Shown: one piece after another, positions 1 to 9,462 of the stretch
How the letters are laid out: each line of letters opens with the position of its first letter
Numbering within the stretch: position 1 is the stretch's first letter
Assembly: GCF_000196555.1 (NCBI RefSeq)
Contig: NC_015067.1
Location: 540,001-572,000 of the forward strand
Length of the DNA stretch: 32,000 bases
DNA from: Bifidobacterium longum subsp. longum JCM 1217
GTDB taxonomy: Bacteria > Actinomycetota > Actinomycetes > Actinomycetales > Bifidobacteriaceae
Direction of reading: 5' to 3'
Program-made: the position numbers and the translations under genes
Notes under the pieces: generated by a model
Database searches by the model: none
What the model was told of the DNA's origin: nothing
What the model saw: only the letters and a program-made list of their open reading frames with translations

Positions 1-1
1 A

Positions 2-1009
2 CGCGGCATCGATGTCATCGCCGCAGATTCCTCGTCACTTGAGCAGCACCAAGACGCCGGCCCACTCCTGCAACGGGCACAATTGCTGGTGGACGACGCC
101 GATTTGATGGCCGATGCCGCCAGCGGCCAGTCGCTTGATGAGGCAGTCAAAGCCAAGGCGCAACGCGTTCTGGCTGCAGGACGCCAGAACGTGACAAGCC
201 TGCAAGCCCGCGTAGGTGGCATGAACGAACGGGAGGAGCGCCTCTACTGGCGTAGCATTATCCGCCCGATTCCGCGCATATCGTCTCCGGCGGCCGAGGC
301 CGGCACGCAGTTCCATGCGTGGGCCGAGCAATTCATCAATGCCGGTAAGCCGGATGAAGCGGTACTGGCATATGAAGCCGAACCAAGCATGCCGCATACA
401 GGTCAGGATGCGGGATTCGTTTCCCGGGAAGCCATGTTGGCCGATTTGGCCGAACGGGAGCGGCAATGCCGCAAGCCATCCACACGGCAGCCCGCTGTCC
501 CACAGCCCACGGCTCAACAATCCGTATCCGCCGTATCCGCCGTATCCGCCACTTCCATAAGCAGCGACAATGCCACCGAGTCCAAGCTGGTGGCGTGGCA
601 GCGCAGACTGGCCGAATCATCGTGGGCCAAGCGCATCCCGGCGTGGACGGAGCGTGCCATCGTCGTGGACGTGCCGGGCGTGGGCCTGGTCAATGGCAAA
701 CTCGATGCGGTATTCATCGGTGGACTTGACCCGTCCAGCACCACCGCACGCTTTACCGTGGTCGACTGGAAAACCGGTCGTCGGCCCACCAAGCCAGACG
801 ACATCACCCGCAAACTTGCCCAGCTCGACATGTACCGACTGCTGCTGGCAGCGGTCGAAGGTGTGGAATTGGACAGTATCGACGCCACTCTCTACTATGT
901 CAGTGAGCCCGACGAGGGCTTGCGCGAGCTTCACGCCCGCGCGAAAACCAAACAGGAAATCCTTACCGAGTTGAGCTCCGGCATTCCCGAACAATCTGAC
1001 AACGACTGA
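2..1009 (+). CDS. 3' portion of a helicase-nuclease gene (UvrD/AdnAB-like). Only the C-terminal RecB-family PD-(D/E)XK nuclease domain is in the window.
   Basis: Frame 2 is open from the window edge, with no stop between 2 and the ORF-track start at 83. Stop is at 1007-1009. C-terminal motifs GKLDAVF ... VVDWKTG ... QLDMYRLL fit the D / (D/E)xK / QxxxY signature of RecB-type nucleases. The 5' end is outside the window. Confidence 0.6.
   Translation, partial: RGIDVIAADSSSLEQHQDAGPLLQRAQLLVDDADLMADAASGQSLDEAVKAKAQRVLAAGRQNVTSLQARVGGMNEREERLYWRSIIRPIPRISSPAAEAGTQFHAWAEQFINAGKPDEAVLAYEAEPSMPHTGQDAGFVSREAMLADLAERERQCRKPSTRQPAVPQPTAQQSVSAVSAVSATSISSDNATESKLVAWQRRLAESSWAKRIPAWTERAIVVDVPGVGLVNGKLDAVFIGGLDPSSTTARFTVVDWKTGRRPTKPDDITRKLAQLDMYRLLLAAVEGVELDSIDATLYYVSEPDEGLRELHARAKTKQEILTELSSGIPEQSDND
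524..550 (+). repeat. 9-bp in-frame tandem repeat, gtatccgcc x3 (encodes the VSA repeats in SVSAVSAVSA)
   Basis: Three perfect head-to-tail copies read directly at 524-532, 533-541 and 542-550. Confidence 0.95.
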
Positions 1010-1220
1010 GCCCAAAGGCTCATGACCTGTACAGCATCGGACGGCCTTCACCGGTGGAGAGACCTTATGCATCGCAAGGCATCTCCGACGATGAAGACGA
1101 CTGGCCACGTACCGGTCCGCGGTTGAAACGCACCGCGTGACGTTGCCCGGGAACCGCTACCCTCGGATGGCACGTGTGGGCGGGCGCACGTGCCGGACAA
1201 CGCACCAGTAAGGAGTTATT

Positions 1221-2540
1221 GTGTCCACGACTCGCGCGGTTTCGAAGTCGTCCGCTGCCCACTCGCCCTACCAGCGCCTGTTCATGCTGCCCGGAGCCAA
1301 GGCGTTCTGCCTGTCCGGCGCGGTGGCACGATTGCCGATCTCCATGATGAGTCTCGGCATCGTTCTGGCGCTCAACCATCTCTACGACAATTGGACCATC
1401 GCCGGCACCATGAGCGCCGCCTATGTGCTGGCCATGAGCTGCGTCACCCCGTTCTACGCCCGCGCCTTCGACCGTTTCGGCCAAGCCCGCGTGGGCCGGC
1501 TTGCGCTCGCCGTGCAGATTGTGGCCATGCTCGCCTTCGCCTTCGCGGCGTTGGTGCGCGTGCCGATTCCGCTGCTGTTCGTCCTGGCCATCATCATGGG
1601 TCTGACGCAGTTCTCATTCGGCGCATTGGTCCGAACACGCTGGTCCTATGCGTTGCGCGGTGTGGAAGATGGTGAACAGCTGCTCAACACGGCCTACGCC
1701 ATGGAAGCCGCCATTGACGAGATCGTCTTTATTCTGGGGCCGATTCTGGCGGCTTGGCTGGCCACCTCCGTGCATCCGGTATCCCAACTGTTCGTGCCCA
1801 CCGTGGCATGCGGTATCGGCGGCACCATATTCTTCTCGCTGAAATCCACCCAGCCACCGGTTATCGTGGAACAGGTCACCGTGGCCGCGCACGATGACGG
1901 CAGCCCTGCTGCAAGCGAAGATGCCGACCAGCTGACCCTGCGCCAGCTCAAACGCAGCGGCGCCAAGCCCAAGAGCGTATTGCTCTATGCCGGCGTACTG
2001 CCGTTGCTCGCTGTGTTCATCGTGTTCAATATGAGCTTCACGTCCTTCGACGTGTCCATTACCGCCACCATGAAATCCATGGGACTTGAGCCCTTCCTCG
2101 GTCTGCAATTGGCGATGTTCGCGGTCGGCTCGTGCATCGGCGCGCTGGTGTTCGGCTCTTGCCGACTCAAAGGCTCCCATTGGGCGCATATGGTGATGTT
2201 CCTATCGCTGCTGACCGTCGGCTACGTGTTCTTCCGGCTGTCAATGGACAATCTCATCCTGCTGGGCGTCTTCGAAATCCTCGCCGGCCTGACCGTCTCG
2301 CCGACGTTCGCCACCGGCAACCTCATCGTCAAGGATCTGGTGCCGGCGGAATCCCTGACCGAAGGGCTGAGCTGGGTAACCACCGCAGGCACGGTCGGCA
2401 CGTCGATCGGCTCGTCCGTGGCCGGCATTGTGCTTGACGCCTCCAACCCTCATGTGGGCATGATGCTGCCATTCATCTTCACGCTGGCGTCCGTGCCATT
2501 GGCGTTGGCCGGATGGGCCTTGGCCAAGCGGCGTGGGTGA
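1221..2540 (+). CDS. MFS-type transporter (multi-pass membrane protein)
   Basis: 439-aa ORF with a GTG start 5 nt after AAGGAG (1210-1215). Many hydrophobic helices sit in two halves separated by a charged central loop (VAAHDDGSPAASEDADQLTLRQLKRSGAKPK), the typical MFS layout. Substrate is unknown. Confidence 0.75.
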   Translation: MSTTRAVSKSSAAHSPYQRLFMLPGAKAFCLSGAVARLPISMMSLGIVLALNHLYDNWTIAGTMSAAYVLAMSCVTPFYARAFDRFGQARVGRLALAVQIVAMLAFAFAALVRVPIPLLFVLAIIMGLTQFSFGALVRTRWSYALRGVEDGEQLLNTAYAMEAAIDEIVFILGPILAAWLATSVHPVSQLFVPTVACGIGGTIFFSLKSTQPPVIVEQVTVAAHDDGSPAASEDADQLTLRQLKRSGAKPKSVLLYAGVLPLLAVFIVFNMSFTSFDVSITATMKSMGLEPFLGLQLAMFAVGSCIGALVFGSCRLKGSHWAHMVMFLSLLTVGYVFFRLSMDNLILLGVFEILAGLTVSPTFATGNLIVKDLVPAESLTEGLSWVTTAGTVGTSIGSSVAGIVLDASNPHVGMMLPFIFTLASVPLALAGWALAKRRG

Positions 2541-2590
2541 AACGGGATCGGGCTACGCCCGATGGATGGTTGGCGGCTTCGCCGGGGTCT

Positions 2591-2620
2591 CTCCCTCAGT
2601 CCGCTTCGCGTCCAGCTCGA
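2591..2620 (-). repeat. Degenerate reverse-orientation copy of the GAGCT...hairpin...CTGAGGG repeat family
   Basis: The reverse complement reads gagctggacgcgaagcggactgaggga. Compare gagctgtcgccgaaggcgactgagggt at 21686-21712. The central stem is degraded. Confidence 0.4.
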
Positions 2621-2682
2621 ACGCAATTAATGATGGCTTTCAGCCAACTGAATTATTGCTCACTGTCGTTCGCCCTCACCTA

Positions 2683-2705
2683 AAAACGCCTCCGGCGTTT
2701 TCTTC
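2683..2705 (+). terminator. Terminator-like hairpin: aaaacgcc-tcc-ggcgtttt followed by cttc
   Basis: 8-bp stem (2683-2690 / 2694-2701) and 3-nt loop, with A-run and T-run flanks. It lies downstream of the MFS gene. Confidence 0.5.
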
Positions 2706-2765
2706 ACGGTTCGGCTCATCAGAGGGAGCTCGACTTCACGGTTCGGCTTGTCAGAGGGAGCTCGA
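2702..2765 (+). repeat. 32-bp tandem direct repeat x2 (cttcacggttcggctNNtcagagggagctcga)
   Basis: Unit 1 is 2702-2733 and unit 2 is 2734-2765. They are identical except for two adjacent bases (ca versus tg). Each unit contains a cagagggagctcga motif related to the repeat family. Confidence 0.9.
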
Positions 2766-2812
2766 TTCTGTGGACGGGATATTGGCGTGAGGGCTTGGCG
2801 GTGATAGGCTGA

Positions 2813-3631
<819 letters not shown>

Positions 3632-3772
3632 TCGACCCGCAGTCGACCAGTAGTCGCCCCCGCATTTCAGGCAGGGAAGCGCGCCGGGACGCGCATCACG
3701 GCATTGCCACCGGCTCCGGTCATAATGCCACGCATTCAGCAACAATCAAGGTACGTAATATAAGAGTCCACA

Positions 3773-4699
3773 ATGGGAAGTACGGTGAACACTATGAGCG
3801 AGCATGACATGCACCTTCTTGAGCCAGCACCTTTCGGCCGCATTCTGCCGGCTATGGTCACCCCGATGAAATCCGACGGCAGCGTCGATTTCGCCGCCGC
3901 GCAGAAGCTCGCCAAATACCTCGTCGCCGATGGCGCGGATGGTCTGGTGGTCAATGGCACCACCGGTGAATCGCCCGTCACCCATATGGATGAGAAGGTC
4001 GAGCTGGTCAGGGCCGTCAAGGAGGTCGTCGACGTTCCGGTGATTTCCGGCGCCGGCTCCAACGACACCGCACACACCGTGCGTATGGTCGAACAGACTC
4101 AGGAAGCGGGCGCCGACGCGGTGCTCGTCGTCATGCCTTACTATTCCCGCCCCTCGCAGGACGGTATCGTCGGCCACTACAAGGCCGTCGACGAATCCGC
4201 CGAAAAGCCGATCATCGTCTACGATGTTCCCGGCCGTACCGGCTTGAAGGTCAAGGTCGAAACCTACGACCGACTGGCCGGACTTGAACACGTCAAGGCT
4301 GTCAAGGACGCCACCGGCGATCTTGCAGCCGCAGTGGAGAAGCAGCAGCGCACCGGCCTCGCCTGGTATTCCGGCGATGACGGCCTGTTCCTGCCGTTCC
4401 TCTCCATCGGCGCCGTCGGCATCATTTCGGTGATTGCCCACGTCGCCTCCAACCCCATGCAGCAGCTTGTCCAGGCATTCGATCGCGGCGATATCACCAC
4501 CGCCCGTCGCCTCGCCAACCAGCTCGCCCCCCTTGTCCACGCGTTGAATGGCGACGGCTATCAGGCCGTCATGGCCAAGGCTGCGCTCAAGGTCAAGGGC
4601 GTTATCCCCTCCACCACCATGCGTCTGCCGAACATCGGTCCCGACGCCACTCAGCTTGACAAGGCTGAAGAGGGCATGCGCGCTGCCGGACTGCTGTAA
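3773..4699 (+). CDS. dapA: 4-hydroxy-tetrahydrodipicolinate synthase
   Basis: Shows DapA-family features: PAMVTPM, VNGTTGES, PYYSRPSQ, and VKDATGD with the presumed Schiff-base lysine. It lies directly after dapB. The start could also be an internal Met (3794 or 3809). Confidence 0.92.
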   Translation: MGSTVNTMSEHDMHLLEPAPFGRILPAMVTPMKSDGSVDFAAAQKLAKYLVADGADGLVVNGTTGESPVTHMDEKVELVRAVKEVVDVPVISGAGSNDTAHTVRMVEQTQEAGADAVLVVMPYYSRPSQDGIVGHYKAVDESAEKPIIVYDVPGRTGLKVKVETYDRLAGLEHVKAVKDATGDLAAAVEKQQRTGLAWYSGDDGLFLPFLSIGAVGIISVIAHVASNPMQQLVQAFDRGDITTARRLANQLAPLVHALNGDGYQAVMAKAALKVKGVIPSTTMRLPNIGPDATQLDKAEEGMRAAGLL

Positions 4700-4741
4700 G
4701 CCCGAAACGCTGCATACGGGTTGCCAGCCCGCCGCCCCTGC

Positions 4742-6634
4742 ATGACAGAGCAGAGGCACCACAACAGAAATCCCAAAAAGGTTATGGCACAAGAACAAAA
4801 GAAAACAAGCAAGAACACGAATTCTCGCCGTCGCGGTTCCGCGCGCGGCCGCAACACCAACGGATCCAACAGCCGTACGCCGTCCCGTAAGATCAACGCC
4901 ACCCGGCAGGCCACCGCACCCCAGCAGGATGCCGTGCTGATCGCCCCGCCGAAGTACCGCAAGGGCTCCATGCGCATCACGCCGCTCGGCGGCTTGGGCG
5001 AAATCGGCCGCAACATGAACGTGATCGAATACAACGGTCACCTGCTGCTCATCGACTGCGGCGTGCTCTTCCCCGAGGAGGAGCAGCCGGGCGTGGATCT
5101 CATCCTGCCCGATTTCAGCTACATCAAGAACCGTCTCGACAAGGTCGACGCCCTGGTGCTCACCCACGGCCACGAGGACCACATCGGCGGCGTGCCCTAC
5201 CTGCTCAAGCTGCGTCCGGACATCCCGCTGATCGGCTCCAAGCTGACCCTCGCCTTCGTGGACGCCAAGTGCAAGGAACACCACCAGAACCCCACCAAGG
5301 TTGAGGTTGCCGGCCGTGAGAAGCTCAAGGTGGGTCCCTTCGACCTCGAATTCGTCAACGTCACCCACTCCATCCCGGACGCCCTGGCCGTCTATGTCAA
5401 GACCCCGGCCGGCTCCCTGATCGACACGGGCGATATCAAGCTCGACCAGCTGCCGCTCGACCACCGCATCACCGACCTCGTCGAATTCGGCAAGATCGGC
5501 GAAAAGGGCGTGGACCTGCTGATGATGGACTCCACCAACGCCGAGGTGCCCGGCTTCGTCAAGCCCGAGACCTCCATCGGCCCGGCCCTTGACCAAGCGT
5601 TCGCCCAGGCCACCCGCAAAATCATCGTCGCCAGCTTCTCCTCCCACGTGCACCGTGTGCAGCAGGTGGTGGACGCCGCCCACAAGTACGGCCGCAAGGT
5701 CGTGTTCGTCGGCCGTTCGATGGTGCGCAACATGTCCATCGCCGCCGACCTCGGCTACCTGCACATCCCCGAAGGCACCGTCGTGGACCTGAAGCAGGCC
5801 AACGACATTCAGGACGACAAGCTCGTCTTCATGTGCACCGGCTCCCAGGGCGAACCGATGGCCGCACTCGGCCGCATCGCCGACGGCAACCACCGCGATA
5901 TCCACATCAACGAGTTCGACACCGTGATTCTCGCCAGCTCCCTGATTCCAGGCAATGAGCACGGCGTCTACAAGGTGATCAACAAGCTCGTGCAGCTCGG
6001 CGCCAAGGTCGTCAACCGCGACAACGCCGCCGTGCACGTGTCCGGCCACTGCAACGAGGGCGAGCTGCTGTACATGTACAACATCGTCAAGCCCAAGTGC
6101 GCCATGCCGATCCACGGCGAAAACCGCCATCTGGTGGCCAACGGCCTGATCGCCGTCAAGACCGGCGTGGACCCGCAGAACGTGGTTTTGGCCGAAGACG
6201 GCGATGTGGTCGACCTGTACCACGGCAGGGCCGCGGTCGTCGGCTCCGTGCCGTGTGGTTACGTGTACGTCGATGGCGATTCCGTCGGCGAGCTGACCGA
6301 TGACGAGCTGGAAAAGCGCCGCATTCTCGGCACCGAGGGCTTCGTCTCCGCGTTCGTGGTGGTCGACACCGACAATCACGAGGTCGTCACCGGCCCGAAG
6401 ATCTACCTGAATGCCGTGGCCGAGGACGAAAGCGAGTTCGACAAGGTTCGTCACCAGATCGTCGAACAGCTCAACGACCAGATGATGCAGGGCACGCGCG
6501 ACACCTACAAGCTGCAGCAGACCATGCGCCGCACGCTCGGCAGCTGGGTTGCGCGCCAGCTGCACCGCAAGCCGATGATCGTGCCCGTCGTGGCCGACAT
6601 CGCCCAGGACGTCGAAACCGTAGAAACCAAGTAG
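4742..6634 (+). CDS. rnj: Ribonuclease J (metallo-beta-lactamase / beta-CASP RNase) with a basic, disordered N-terminal extension
   Basis: Has the HGHEDHIGG metallo-beta-lactamase motif and an RNase J-like body (MRITPLGGLGEIGRNM..., SGHCNEGEL, MPIHGE). The start is ambiguous between TTG 4721, ATG 4742 and ATG 4784. Confidence 0.88.
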   Translation: MTEQRHHNRNPKKVMAQEQKKTSKNTNSRRRGSARGRNTNGSNSRTPSRKINATRQATAPQQDAVLIAPPKYRKGSMRITPLGGLGEIGRNMNVIEYNGHLLLIDCGVLFPEEEQPGVDLILPDFSYIKNRLDKVDALVLTHGHEDHIGGVPYLLKLRPDIPLIGSKLTLAFVDAKCKEHHQNPTKVEVAGREKLKVGPFDLEFVNVTHSIPDALAVYVKTPAGSLIDTGDIKLDQLPLDHRITDLVEFGKIGEKGVDLLMMDSTNAEVPGFVKPETSIGPALDQAFAQATRKIIVASFSSHVHRVQQVVDAAHKYGRKVVFVGRSMVRNMSIAADLGYLHIPEGTVVDLKQANDIQDDKLVFMCTGSQGEPMAALGRIADGNHRDIHINEFDTVILASSLIPGNEHGVYKVINKLVQLGAKVVNRDNAAVHVSGHCNEGELLYMYNIVKPKCAMPIHGENRHLVANGLIAVKTGVDPQNVVLAEDGDVVDLYHGRAAVVGSVPCGYVYVDGDSVGELTDDELEKRRILGTEGFVSAFVVVDTDNHEVVTGPKIYLNAVAEDESEFDKVRHQIVEQLNDQMMQGTRDTYKLQQTMRRTLGSWVARQLHRKPMIVPVVADIAQDVETVETK

Positions 6635-6675
6635 TCCGGATTATCCAGGGACGACCGTAAGGAGTAATTGAAGTC

Positions 6676-9285
6676 ATGCCCGGTTCTAATCTCACTCGTA
6701 TTGAAGCCGAAGAACGTAAGGCCGTTATCGAAGCGCCGATTCACTATCACGTCGACCTTGACCTGACGGTCGGCGCGAAGAACTTCGGTTCCAAGTCGTT
6801 CATCTGCTTCAACGCGAAGCCTGGTTCGTCGACCTTCCTCGACCTGATCGCCGACGAAGTGACCTCCATCGACCTCAACGGCAAGTCCCTGGACCCGGCC
6901 GTGGCCTTCCAAGACAACCGCATCGAACTGACCGACCTCAAGGAGAAGAACGAGGTCACCGTCGAAGCCAGGTGCCGTTACTCCAACACTGGCGAGGGCC
7001 TGCACCGCTCGGTCGACCCGTCCGATGGCAACATCTACCTGTACTCCCAGTTCGAGGTGCCGGACGCTCGCCGCGTCTACGCCGTGTTCGACCAGCCTGA
7101 CCTGAAGGCCACCTTCGACTTCAAGGTGCTCGCTCCCGCCAGCTGGATCGTCACCTCCAACATGCCGGTTGCCACCATCGAGGACGATCCGCGCGAAACC
7201 CTCGACGGCACCCTCGGCGACAAGCCGAACGAAAGCACCCGTCTGTGGGACTTCGAGCCGACCCCGGTGATGAGCTCCTACCTGACCGCCATCTGCGCCG
7301 GCCCGTACGCCGAATGGCACACCGAATACCTGAACGAAGACGGCCGTACCGTGCCAATGGCCCAGTACTGCCGACAGTCGTTGGCCAAGGCCTTCGCGAA
7401 GGACGTCGACTACCTGTTCGACATCACCAAGAAGGGCTTCGCGTTCTACGCCAAGACCTGGGGCGTGCCCTACCCGTACGCCAAGTTCGACCAGATCTAC
7501 GTGCCCGAATACAACGCGGGCGCCATGGAGAACATCGGCATGGTCACCATCCGCGACTCCTACGTGTTCGAATCCAAGGTGACCGACGCGCTGGCCGAGC
7601 GCCGCGTGGTGACCGTGCTGCACGAGCTTGCGCACATGTGGTTCGGCGACTATGTGACCATGAAGTGGTGGAACGACCTGTGGCTCAACGAGTCCTTCGC
7701 TGAATTCACCTCCACGCTGGCCACTGCCGAAGCCACCGAATGGCATGACGCTTGGGCCACTTTCTGCTCCGGCGAGAAGAGCTGGGCGCTGCGCCAGGAT
7801 CAGCTGCCCACCACGCACCCGATCGTCGCGCCGATCAACGACCTCAACGACACTTACGTCAACTTTGACGGCATCACCTACGCCAAGGGCGCCTCCGTGC
7901 TGAAGCAGCTGGCATTCTACGTGGGCCGCACGCAGTTCTTCGAAGGTATCCACAACTACCTGAACCGTCACGCCTACTCCAACGCCACCCTGGCCGACCT
8001 GCTGAGCGAACTGGAAAAGACCTCCGGCCGCGATCTCAAGGCCTGGAGCGCCAAGTGGCTGGAGGAATCCGGCATCAACACGATCGCCACTGGCCTGACC
8101 GTAAACGCGGACGGCACCATCGCCGAACTGAAGCTCACCCAGAGCGCGCCGGCCGAACACCCGGTGCTGCGCCCGCATCGCCTGGCCGTCGGCTTCTACA
8201 ACGAAGACGCCGCAACCGGCAAGATCGTGCGCACCGAGCAGTTCGAACTCGATGTAGATGGCGAAACCACCATCGTCGAGGCCGCAGCCGGCAAGCCGCG
8301 CCCGGCATTCGTGCTGGTCAACGACGATGACCTGACCTACACCAAGATTCGTTTCGACGCCGAATCCCAGGCATTCGCCGAAGCCAACCTGCATCGTTTC
8401 GATGATGCCCTGGCCCGCGCCGTGACCTGGCTCGCCTTCTGGGATATGACCCGTGACGGCGAATTCCCGGCCGAACGCTTCGTGGACATGACCCTGCGTC
8501 TTCTGGCCACGGAAACCGAATCCACCACCTTCCGTTACGCGCTGGCCTGCATGAGCACCACCGCCCACCACTACGTGGCGCCCGCCCGCCGCGACGATGT
8601 GCTGCGCCACGTGGCCGCCGAACTGTGGACTCTGGCCAACGCCGCCGAAGCCGGCTCGGACACCCAGTTCCAGCTCGTCACCGCCTACTTGGGCTACGGT
8701 GAGGAGGGCGACGCCGCATTCGCCGCCAACGCACACGGTCTGCTGGACGGCACCGTGCGTCTTGAAGGCCTCGAAATCGACAACAACTTCACGTGGACCA
8801 TCGTCCAAGCGCTCACCTCCGTCAACGAGATGACCAACGACGACGTGGACGCGCAGCTCGCCAAGAAGGAGACCACGGAAAACCGCGAGTTCGCCTACGG
8901 CGCCCGTGCCTCCATGGCCACCGCTGAGGCCAAGGAATGGGCTTGGGATCAGGCGCTCCACAACGACGAGCTGACCAACTCCCAGCTCGAGGCCGTGGCC
9001 CGTGGCTTCTCCGCCACCCCGCGCTCCGATCTGGCCGAGCCGTTCGCCGCCAAGTACTTCGAGACTGTGGACTGGGTCTGGGCCAACAAGACCTACCACA
9101 TGGCCGACGCCCTGCTCAACGGCCTGTACCCGGGCTACGCCGATCCCGCCACGCTGGTCAAGCTCGGTGACGCCTGGCTGGACGAGCACATTGCCGCCGA
9201 CAATGCCCTGAAGCGTCTGATCGTCGAAAACGTGGCATCCTCCCACCGCACCCTCAAGGTTCGCGAATACAACGAAGCGCTCTGA
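6676..9285 (+). CDS. pepN: Aminopeptidase N (M1 zinc metallopeptidase)
   Basis: Carries the GAMEN exopeptidase motif and the HELAHMWFGD...(18)...E zinc-binding motif. 869 aa. AAGGAG sits at 6659-6664 upstream of ATG 6676. Confidence 0.93.
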   Translation: MPGSNLTRIEAEERKAVIEAPIHYHVDLDLTVGAKNFGSKSFICFNAKPGSSTFLDLIADEVTSIDLNGKSLDPAVAFQDNRIELTDLKEKNEVTVEARCRYSNTGEGLHRSVDPSDGNIYLYSQFEVPDARRVYAVFDQPDLKATFDFKVLAPASWIVTSNMPVATIEDDPRETLDGTLGDKPNESTRLWDFEPTPVMSSYLTAICAGPYAEWHTEYLNEDGRTVPMAQYCRQSLAKAFAKDVDYLFDITKKGFAFYAKTWGVPYPYAKFDQIYVPEYNAGAMENIGMVTIRDSYVFESKVTDALAERRVVTVLHELAHMWFGDYVTMKWWNDLWLNESFAEFTSTLATAEATEWHDAWATFCSGEKSWALRQDQLPTTHPIVAPINDLNDTYVNFDGITYAKGASVLKQLAFYVGRTQFFEGIHNYLNRHAYSNATLADLLSELEKTSGRDLKAWSAKWLEESGINTIATGLTVNADGTIAELKLTQSAPAEHPVLRPHRLAVGFYNEDAATGKIVRTEQFELDVDGETTIVEAAAGKPRPAFVLVNDDDLTYTKIRFDAESQAFAEANLHRFDDALARAVTWLAFWDMTRDGEFPAERFVDMTLRLLATETESTTFRYALACMSTTAHHYVAPARRDDVLRHVAAELWTLANAAEAGSDTQFQLVTAYLGYGEEGDAAFAANAHGLLDGTVRLEGLEIDNNFTWTIVQALTSVNEMTNDDVDAQLAKKETTENREFAYGARASMATAEAKEWAWDQALHNDELTNSQLEAVARGFSATPRSDLAEPFAAKYFETVDWVWANKTYHMADALLNGLYPGYADPATLVKLGDAWLDEHIAADNALKRLIVENVASSHRTLKVREYNEAL

Positions 9286-9295
9286 TTTCCTTCTG

Positions 9296-9361
9296 GCTCC
9301 CCTCGGGCGCGAGGGGAGCTGTCGCCTCAGGCGACTGAGGGGAGTCGCTTCCGCGAGAAGC
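9296..9361 (+). repeat. Composite palindromic (REP-like) element made of three consecutive hairpins, just after the pepN stop
   Basis: Hairpin 1 is gctcccctcg/ggcg/cgaggggagc (9296-9319). Hairpin 2 is gtcgcc/tca/ggcgac (9321-9335), followed by tgagggg. Hairpin 3 is gcttc/cgcga/gaagc (9347-9361). The core gggagctgtcgccNNNggcgactgaggg recurs at 21683-21710. Confidence 0.8.
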
Positions 9362-9462
9362 TACGTCCACATTCCAACATAAAACCCGCAACCAATCCTC
9401 AACAGCGTATTCTCGCTCAAGGCCGGCAATATGCCGGTCGATGAGCGACAAGGATACGGGGA

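Noticed and set aside
2702-2765. 32-bp direct repeats as a possible mini CRISPR array.
   Set aside because: The two units are directly adjacent with no spacer between them, there are only two copies, and no cas genes are nearby.
3746-9246. Very long minus-strand ORFs (3746-6565, 939 aa; 6505-9246, 913 aa). Similar ones occur at 11168-12736, 13765-14895, 15251-16363, 20815-21774, 21826-22854, 22904-24049, 24959-26617 and 30072-31286.
   Set aside because: Each lies exactly antisense to a + strand gene with clear family motifs (dapA, rnj, pepN, glmM and others). Their translations are low-complexity G/A/V/D/H/R-rich strings typical of stop-poor antisense frames in GC-rich DNA.
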